DNA of 64,000 nucleotides from a bacterium (GTDB lineage: Bacteria; JADJOY01): contig JAXLQJ010000014.1 of assembly GCA_046331705.1 (NCBI GenBank), positions 62,001 to 126,000 of the forward strand. The letters are read 5' to 3'. Under the pieces are notes generated by a model, which saw only the letters and a program-made list of their open reading frames with translations, did not search any database and was not told the DNA's origin. Below, in pieces: positions 58,434 to 64,000 of the stretch; within the stretch, counting starts at the first letter, position 1; each line of letters opens with the position of its first letter. The position numbers and the translations under genes are program-made.

Positions 58434-58488
58434 GCCGAGCGCGCGGTCGGGGCCCCGCGCAGCCGAACAGCGACGGAGACGAGCGCGC

Positions 58489-59355
58489 GTGATCGAGCTT
58501 CGCGATGGCGAGGTCGTCCTCGCCACCTACGCCGACCATCCCGAGCTGTGGGAGGACGATCGTCCGCTCGCAGACGCTCTCGAAGCGCGCGGGGCGGCCT
58601 GGCGCGCGATTCCCTGGGACGCGCCGGACGTGGATTGGGGACGTGCCCGCGCGGTCGTGTTGCGCTCGACGTGGGACTACTTCCGCCGGCGCGACGCGTT
58701 CCTGGGCTGGGCGGCGCGGGTCGCGGCAGCGACCCGACTCTGGAACCCCATCGAGCTGGTGCGCTGGAACACCCACAAGGGCTACATGCTGGAGCTCGAG
58801 GCCAGCGGGGTTCCGGTGACGCCGACGCTGCTGGTGCCACGCGGAACCACCCTCGAGCTCGCCGCAGCGCTGCGCGCCCGCGGCTGGGAGCGAGCGGTGG
58901 CGAAGCCTGCTGTCTCGGCCGACTCCTGGGAGACCTTCGCCGTCGATGCCGCGCCGAGTGACGAGCAGCGCGCGCGCTTCGCTCGCCTGGTGGACGAGCG
59001 CGACATGCTGTTGCAGCGCTACATCGCCTCGGTCGAAGACGTCGGCGAGCGCTGTCTGGTGTTCATCGACGGCGAGCTCTCACACGCCGTTCGCAAGCGC
59101 TCACTCTTCCAGGGTGGTCGCTGGGCGGGCCCGGAGGGCGTGTCCGTGCCGATCGCGCCCGACGAGGCGGCGCTGGCGCACCAGGCGCTCGAAGCCGCGC
59201 AGGCCCGTCCCCTGCCCTACGCGCGCGTCGACATGGCGCGTGACGCGAGCGGCAAGCCGGTGCTGATGGAGCTCGAGCTGGTGGAGCCGACGCTCTTCTT
59301 CCTCGACGGCCCACCCGATGCCGCGCCGCGCCTCGCGGACGCGATCTTGCGCTGA
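58489..59355 (+). CDS. ATP-grasp protein (RimK/glutathione-synthetase-like)
   Basis: RSTWDY, WNTHKGY, KPAVSA, YARVD, MELELVEP. Confidence 0.85.
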   Translation: MIELRDGEVVLATYADHPELWEDDRPLADALEARGAAWRAIPWDAPDVDWGRARAVVLRSTWDYFRRRDAFLGWAARVAAATRLWNPIELVRWNTHKGYMLELEASGVPVTPTLLVPRGTTLELAAALRARGWERAVAKPAVSADSWETFAVDAAPSDEQRARFARLVDERDMLLQRYIASVEDVGERCLVFIDGELSHAVRKRSLFQGGRWAGPEGVSVPIAPDEAALAHQALEAAQARPLPYARVDMARDASGKPVLMELELVEPTLFFLDGPPDAAPRLADAILR

Positions 59356-59381
59356 TCGGGCGCCGCGGAAAGCGAAGCCCG

Positions 59382-60254
59382 TCAAGCGATCTCGGCGGGT
59401 CTGCCGAGAAACCCGATCAACTCGCGATGGAACGTCTCGGGCTGCTCGCGGTGCATGAAATGGCCCGCGTTCTCGATCCGTAGCAGCCGGTGCGGCCCAG
59501 CGAAGCCGGCGTCCTGGCGCGCGAACATCTCGATCCCCATGCAGCCGTCGTCGACGCCCGCCACGCTGAGCGTCGGCACCGAGATCTTGCCGAACACCGC
59601 CCGGCGCGTGTCGCGATCCAGCGACAGGCTCGTCGGCAACGCCCGGTAGTAGCCGAGCGCCGCGCGCAACGCTTCCGGCTGCGCCAGGCACTCCTTCACC
59701 GGCGCGATGTCGGTCGGCGCGTAGCGCCAGCCGGGCGACCAATCTCGCCAGAGCCGATCCAGGAACGCAAAGTCGCTTCGCCGCACGCGTCGCTCGGGAA
59801 GCCCCCGGAGCTGAAAAAAGCCGATGTACCAGGAGCGCCGCGCCTGCGCGACATTCACCCGCTGGGTGCGCAAGTGGGGAACCGCGAGCACGCAGAGCCG
59901 CGCCACGCGCGCGGGCGCGAGGCTCGCCGCGGCATACGCGGACATCGCGCCCCAGTCGTGCCCGACCAAGGCGAAGCGCTCGGCGCCGAGCGCGCTCGCC
60001 AGCCCGAGCACGTCCCTGCCCAACGTCGCGATCCGATAATCGCCCGTCGACGGTGCGGCCGTGGGCGAATAGCCGCGCAGGAAGGGCGCGACCGCTCGAA
60101 AGCCACGCTCGGCCAGCACCGCGAGCGTGGGCAGGAACGTGTGCGCGGTGTCGGGAAAGCCGTGGACGCAGAGCACCAGCGGCCCCGCTCCTGCTTCGAA
60201 ATACGCGTGGCGAACACCCTGCGCCTCGACGAAACGGATCCGGGCATCGCTCAT
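59382..60254 (-). CDS. Alpha/beta hydrolase (epoxide hydrolase-like)
   Basis: HGFP, GHDWGA nucleophile, GHFMH. Confidence 0.9.
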   Translation of the reverse strand: MSDARIRFVEAQGVRHAYFEAGAGPLVLCVHGFPDTAHTFLPTLAVLAERGFRAVAPFLRGYSPTAAPSTGDYRIATLGRDVLGLASALGAERFALVGHDWGAMSAYAAASLAPARVARLCVLAVPHLRTQRVNVAQARRSWYIGFFQLRGLPERRVRRSDFAFLDRLWRDWSPGWRYAPTDIAPVKECLAQPEALRAALGYYRALPTSLSLDRDTRRAVFGKISVPTLSVAGVDDGCMGIEMFARQDAGFAGPHRLLRIENAGHFMHREQPETFHRELIGFLGRPAEIA

Positions 60255-60985
60255 GGCTCGCCTCGTGCCGCGGCGGCGCCGAGCGGGACGTCGCGGTCGA
60301 TCGCAGGTGGGGCGCCGTCGAGGCTCACGATCGGCCATCCGCGCTTGCGCGCCTCCCGTGCCAGCCGCGGATCGGGCGCCACCACGCGTGGATGACCGAC
60401 GAGCTCGAGCAGGCTGAGGTCGGTCACCGAGTCGGTGTAGAAGTAGCTGGCCGCGAGATCGATGCGCTCGCGTTCGGCGAAGCGGCGCGCGTGCGAGAGC
60501 TTGCCGGGCCCGTAGCAGAGCGGATGGACGAACGCGCCGGTGAAGCAACCGCGCTCGTCCAGCACCAGCCGATTGACCAGCCGGTGCTCGACCCCTAGCT
60601 CGTCGCCCAGCGGATTGCCGAGATAACAGGTCGAGCTCGAGAGCAACACCGTCACGTGGCCGGCGCGCGCGTGCGCCTCGAGGTGCGCGGTCACACCCGA
60701 ACGGATCTTGCCGCGCACGTCGCGCTGGTACCAACGCGCGCAATGCTCCACCAGCCAGCTCTCCGGCTTGCCGACCAACCCCGAGGTCGAGCGCTCGAGG
60801 ACGTCGCCGGGCTTCAACAGCCCGAGCCGATACAGGCTCAAGTACCAAGCCGCGAAGGCCATGTCCCGCGGCCGCGCGACTCCGATCTCCCACATGTAGC
60901 GCGCGAAGCTGGCGGCGGAGTTCACCGAGAGGATCGTCCCGTCGATGTCGAAGAACGCCGCGGCGCGAAACGACGTGGTGGCCAT
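60251..60985 (-). CDS. HAD-IB family hydrolase
   Basis: FFDIDGT, LSSS, K, YTDSVTDL. Confidence 0.88.
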   Translation of the reverse strand: MATTSFRAAAFFDIDGTILSVNSAASFARYMWEIGVARPRDMAFAAWYLSLYRLGLLKPGDVLERSTSGLVGKPESWLVEHCARWYQRDVRGKIRSGVTAHLEAHARAGHVTVLLSSSTCYLGNPLGDELGVEHRLVNRLVLDERGCFTGAFVHPLCYGPGKLSHARRFAERERIDLAASYFYTDSVTDLSLLELVGHPRVVAPDPRLAREARKRGWPIVSLDGAPPAIDRDVPLGAAAARGEP

Positions 60986-61002
60986 CGCGGTCGCCCCGTC
61001 GC

Positions 61003-61725
61003 TCAGTGCGCCGAGCGATCGACGTCCGGGCTGGCAGCCGCGCGCGCCTCGCTCCGCTCGGGAGGCACCGCGAGCTCCTCGGCGGTGCGGCTCTCGCGGC
61101 GCTCCTCGGCGAGTGCTGCCGCCGGTTGTCGCAAGCGCGACTGTCCCACACCGAGGAGCTTGCGCGCGGGATCCCACGCGAGGATGACCATCGCGTACGA
61201 CGCGACCGACGCGACCGCGCCGACCACCAGTCCACCCAGCGAGAGCTCCGCGACCTCGTGCAGGAACTTCCGGAACGCCGCCGGGTAGCCGGTTCCGAGC
61301 TGCACCTCGGGCAGCCAGTCGAGCGCCTGTCCGACCAGGTACACCGCGGGCAATAGCACGGGGGCCGTGAACGGATTCATGAACCACGCACCGACGAGCG
61401 CCGCAGGCAGATTGAGCCGCAGCAGATACGCGGCCAGCGCCGCCATCACCATGTGCAGACCGATGAGCGGCGTGAAGCTCACCAGCACGCCGATCGCGAG
61501 CCCACCCGCCACGCCGGAACGGCTCGCGTGCCAGATGCGCGGATCGAAGAGCCGCTCCCCGAACCAGCGATGTGCCCAGGTATCCCGCAGGTGACGCTTG
61601 CGCGGGATGCGGCGCAGCATGCGTAGCTGCGCGGCGCGAATCCGCCGCCGGAGCAGGATGCGCGTTCGCTCGCGATCGTCGCTCGCGGCGGCCAGCCGCG
61701 ATCTGCGGTGCTCGGGCGTGCTCAT
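61003..61725 (-). CDS. DUF2062 membrane protein
   Basis: VAGGLAIGV..SFTP, RLNLPA....WFMNPFT. Confidence 0.8.
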   Translation of the reverse strand: MSTPEHRRSRLAAASDDRERTRILLRRRIRAAQLRMLRRIPRKRHLRDTWAHRWFGERLFDPRIWHASRSGVAGGLAIGVLVSFTPLIGLHMVMAALAAYLLRLNLPAALVGAWFMNPFTAPVLLPAVYLVGQALDWLPEVQLGTGYPAAFRKFLHEVAELSLGGLVVGAVASVASYAMVILAWDPARKLLGVGQSRLRQPAAALAEERRESRTAEELAVPPERSEARAAASPDVDRSAH

Positions 61726-61774
61726 CGGATCACGTCGGCGGAGCAGCGGCCCGCGGCCTCGCGGCGCCTCGCGC

Positions 61775-62290
61775 TCAGCCGCCCCACTTCGCCGCGGGAC
61801 GAAGAATCGCCGTCCAGGGACGCGCGGCGCGATCACGGGCCGCGAGCATTCGAACACCGCTCTCGGGAAACCAGCGCGCGTGCCCCTCTTCGGCGGGAAT
61901 CGTCCGCTCGACGATGGCCCGCAGCGATGGGTCGTGAATGCGGCTGGCGAGCGTACGCAGGTGCCGGGCCGCCGCGCGTTCGCCTTCCGAGAAGAGCCGT
62001 AGCTGCTCTTCGAGGCTTCGCACCGCGAGCAGACGCGAGGCGACCGGCGCCACCACGGCCGCGACACCCTCGAGCCGGGGCGGCGCGAGCTCGCGCTCGA
62101 GCAGCCAGTCCAGATACCAGTCCGCGTGGCGATGCTCGTCGCCACCGAAGCCCGCGAGCGCGTGGCGTACGTCCTCGTTGGCGGTCGCCACCGCCAGCTG
62201 GGCGTAGAGCTCCCCGCCGAGCTGCTCGGCGAAGTAGAACGTGCGCGCGGCGCGAACCGTGGCCGTGTCGGGTGATGGTGAGCGTGTCAC
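61775..62290 (-). CDS. Ferritin-like di-iron protein
   Basis: E...Y..DEHRH and E...EEGH di-iron motifs. Confidence 0.7.
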   Translation of the reverse strand: MTRSPSPDTATVRAARTFYFAEQLGGELYAQLAVATANEDVRHALAGFGGDEHRHADWYLDWLLERELAPPRLEGVAAVVAPVASRLLAVRSLEEQLRLFSEGERAAARHLRTLASRIHDPSLRAIVERTIPAEEGHARWFPESGVRMLAARDRAARPWTAILRPAAKWGG

Positions 62291-62361
62291 GACCGGTCTC
62301 GACCTCCGCGCGAGCCTAGCTCACCCCCCCATCGAACACCACCAACCCAGCCCCGCGAAGC

Positions 62362-62970
62362 TCACCCGCCCGCGCGCGGGATGGCAGCGCTGGCGCGTTC
62401 CAGCAGTCGTTGCCCCTCGGGGCCGAGCGCGATCCGTGCCGCCAGCGCTCGGCCTTCGGCGCTCATCTTCGCGAGGGTGCGCCGCAACACGTCGATCATC
62501 TTCTCCTCGGGCAGCTTGGCGACGAGCTCCCCGAGCTGCAGCTCGAGCGTGACGAGGCTGACCGCATCCTGGAGCGCTTGAGCCTCGGCGTCGGTCTCGC
62601 GACCTTCCTTGCGGATCAGCTTCTCGACCCGCGCCATCGCGCCGGCGTCGGCGCCGAGACTCGCGAGGACGTCCCGCGCCACCGCGACGTGGAGATCGGT
62701 GAGCTTTCTGCGCCACGCGTGATATCCGGCGCGGCCCGCCGGAAACGCGTCGCGCGGCACCTCCCAGCGACGCACGTGCTGCGCTCGGCAAGCGAACGCG
62801 AGCGCTGGGCTCGGTCGCTCGACCAGCAGCGACGTCCAGTGCTCGACGCGATCCGCGTACACCAGCTCGAAGGCGCGCTCGGCGCCCGCGCCGTCGTCCA
62901 CGCGGCGGGGGTCTTGCGCGTTCGCCGCGTCCACCGCCGCTCGGGCGTGACGCCACCACTCGTCACTCAT
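62362..62970 (-). CDS. DUF4202 family protein
   Basis: DAANAQDP, A.RAQHVRRWEVPR..P.GRAGY..WR, KMS. Confidence 0.85.
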   Translation of the reverse strand: MSDEWWRHARAAVDAANAQDPRRVDDGAGAERAFELVYADRVEHWTSLLVERPSPALAFACRAQHVRRWEVPRDAFPAGRAGYHAWRRKLTDLHVAVARDVLASLGADAGAMARVEKLIRKEGRETDAEAQALQDAVSLVTLELQLGELVAKLPEEKMIDVLRRTLAKMSAEGRALAARIALGPEGQRLLERASAAIPRAGG

Positions 62971-63043
62971 GATTGAATGCCCCTTGGTCTCCGGCCGATG
63001 CTGGGGCGCGGCGTGAGCGCGCCCCACGTCGCCAGCCTGCCGA

Positions 63044-63721
63044 ATGCCGCAAGCCGACGCCAACCCATCGCGCGATCGGAACGCAGTCACGCCACGCTTC
63101 CGTGTGGTGCGCTGGGTGTTCGCGTTCAGCGCCGGCACCATCGCGCTGGTGGGTTACCTCGCCACCAGCCGCTGGAACCTGGCGCGCTTCGACGCGGGCC
63201 TCGCGCCGATCACGCTCTTCACGAGCCTCGATCATCACATCCCATTCGTGCCCCTCGCGTTCTGGGCCTACGTGCTCTACTACCTGCTGGCGATCTCGCC
63301 GACGTTTCTCGCGTGCAACTGGCGCGAGCTGCTCACCATGGCGGTCGCGTACGGCACCGCGTCGGTGATCGCGTGGCTCACGTGGGTGGTGCTGCCGGTG
63401 CGCATGATGGTGCCGCCGCTTCACTGCGCCGGGCTCACGTGCCGCTTGCTGGTGGCGTTCCAGGAGGGCGACGGCGGCGTGAACGTGTTCCCGAGCCTGC
63501 ACGTCGCACACACGGTGCTCGCCGCCGCGTTCCACGTGCACCATCGCAGCCGGGTGGCGCCGTTGGTGCTGGTGGGCACGATGCTGGTGGTCGCCTCCAC
63601 CGTGCTGATCCGACAGCACTACCTGGTGGACCTCCCCGCCGGTGCGCTGACCGCGGCGATCGGCTGGTGGATGGCGCGGCTGACGATGGGGCTGGGCATT
63701 CCGGCACGCGAGCGGGCATGA
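63044..63721 (+). CDS. PAP2-family membrane phosphatase/phosphotransferase
   Basis: NVFPSLHVA, STVLIRQHY..D motifs; multiple TM. Confidence 0.85.
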   Translation: MPQADANPSRDRNAVTPRFRVVRWVFAFSAGTIALVGYLATSRWNLARFDAGLAPITLFTSLDHHIPFVPLAFWAYVLYYLLAISPTFLACNWRELLTMAVAYGTASVIAWLTWVVLPVRMMVPPLHCAGLTCRLLVAFQEGDGGVNVFPSLHVAHTVLAAAFHVHHRSRVAPLVLVGTMLVVASTVLIRQHYLVDLPAGALTAAIGWWMARLTMGLGIPARERA

Positions 63722-64000
63722 GCGTTCGGACACTCATCCTCGGTTGTGGCGACGTCGGCACGCGGCTCGGGCTCGCCCTCGCCGAGCGCGGCCACGAGGT
63801 GTGGGGATTGCGGCGCGACGCCGCGCGTATACCGGGCCCGATCCACGCGCTGGGTGGCGACCTCGCTCGGCCCGAAACGCTGCCGCGCTGGCCCGCAGGT
63901 CTCGATCTCGTGTTCTACACCGCTGCCGCGGACGACCCCTCGGAGGCGGCCTACACGGCCGCGTACGTCGACGGCCTGCGCAACGCGCTCGCATCGATCA
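63718..64000 (+). CDS. NAD-dependent epimerase/SDR family protein (3'-partial)
   Basis: ATGA overlap with the PAP2 stop; MSVRTLILGCGDVG Rossmann motif; runs off the window; absent from the ORF track. Confidence 0.8.
   Translation, partial: MSVRTLILGCGDVGTRLGLALAERGHEVWGLRRDAARIPGPIHALGGDLARPETLPRWPAGLDLVFYTAAADDPSEAAYTAAYVDGLRNALASI

Overview
High-GC bacterial DNA, probably from a deltaproteobacterial/Myxococcota-like lineage (inferred from the gene families, not established). The left ~12 kb is a patatin gene and tRNA-Glu(TTC), followed by a decayed tRNA-anchored island. The island holds 12-bp-periodic arm-type repeats, a multiply frameshifted phage ParB-DNA methyltransferase, a CSLREA surface protein, and an intact IS3-family element without target duplication that is flanked by two paralogous gene fragments. 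It also holds a stray second IS end and a 1304-aa SIR2-STAND-TPR candidate anti-phage protein with degenerate Walker motifs. The 13-31 kb stretch is accessory: a DUF2252 kinase-like gene, an orphan contractile tail sheath gene, twin PKD lipoproteins, an OYE oxidoreductase, an SF2 helicase, an EXPERA protein, a GH46-like hydrolase, and a TIR-kinase-FGE/CLec protein whose C-terminus resembles a DGR variable region. At 31.8-38.2 kb is a 2-oxoacid dehydrogenase operon with both split and fused E1. At 38.3-49.7 kb are two tandem giant CSLREA/Ig-repeat/FG-GAP surface proteins. The last 14 kb carries a TonB-dependent receptor, TonB-ExbB-ExbD-ExbD and small hydrolase/lipid genes. I saw no CRISPR array, rRNA or reverse transcriptase. 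All family calls come from motif recognition by eye, not database searches.
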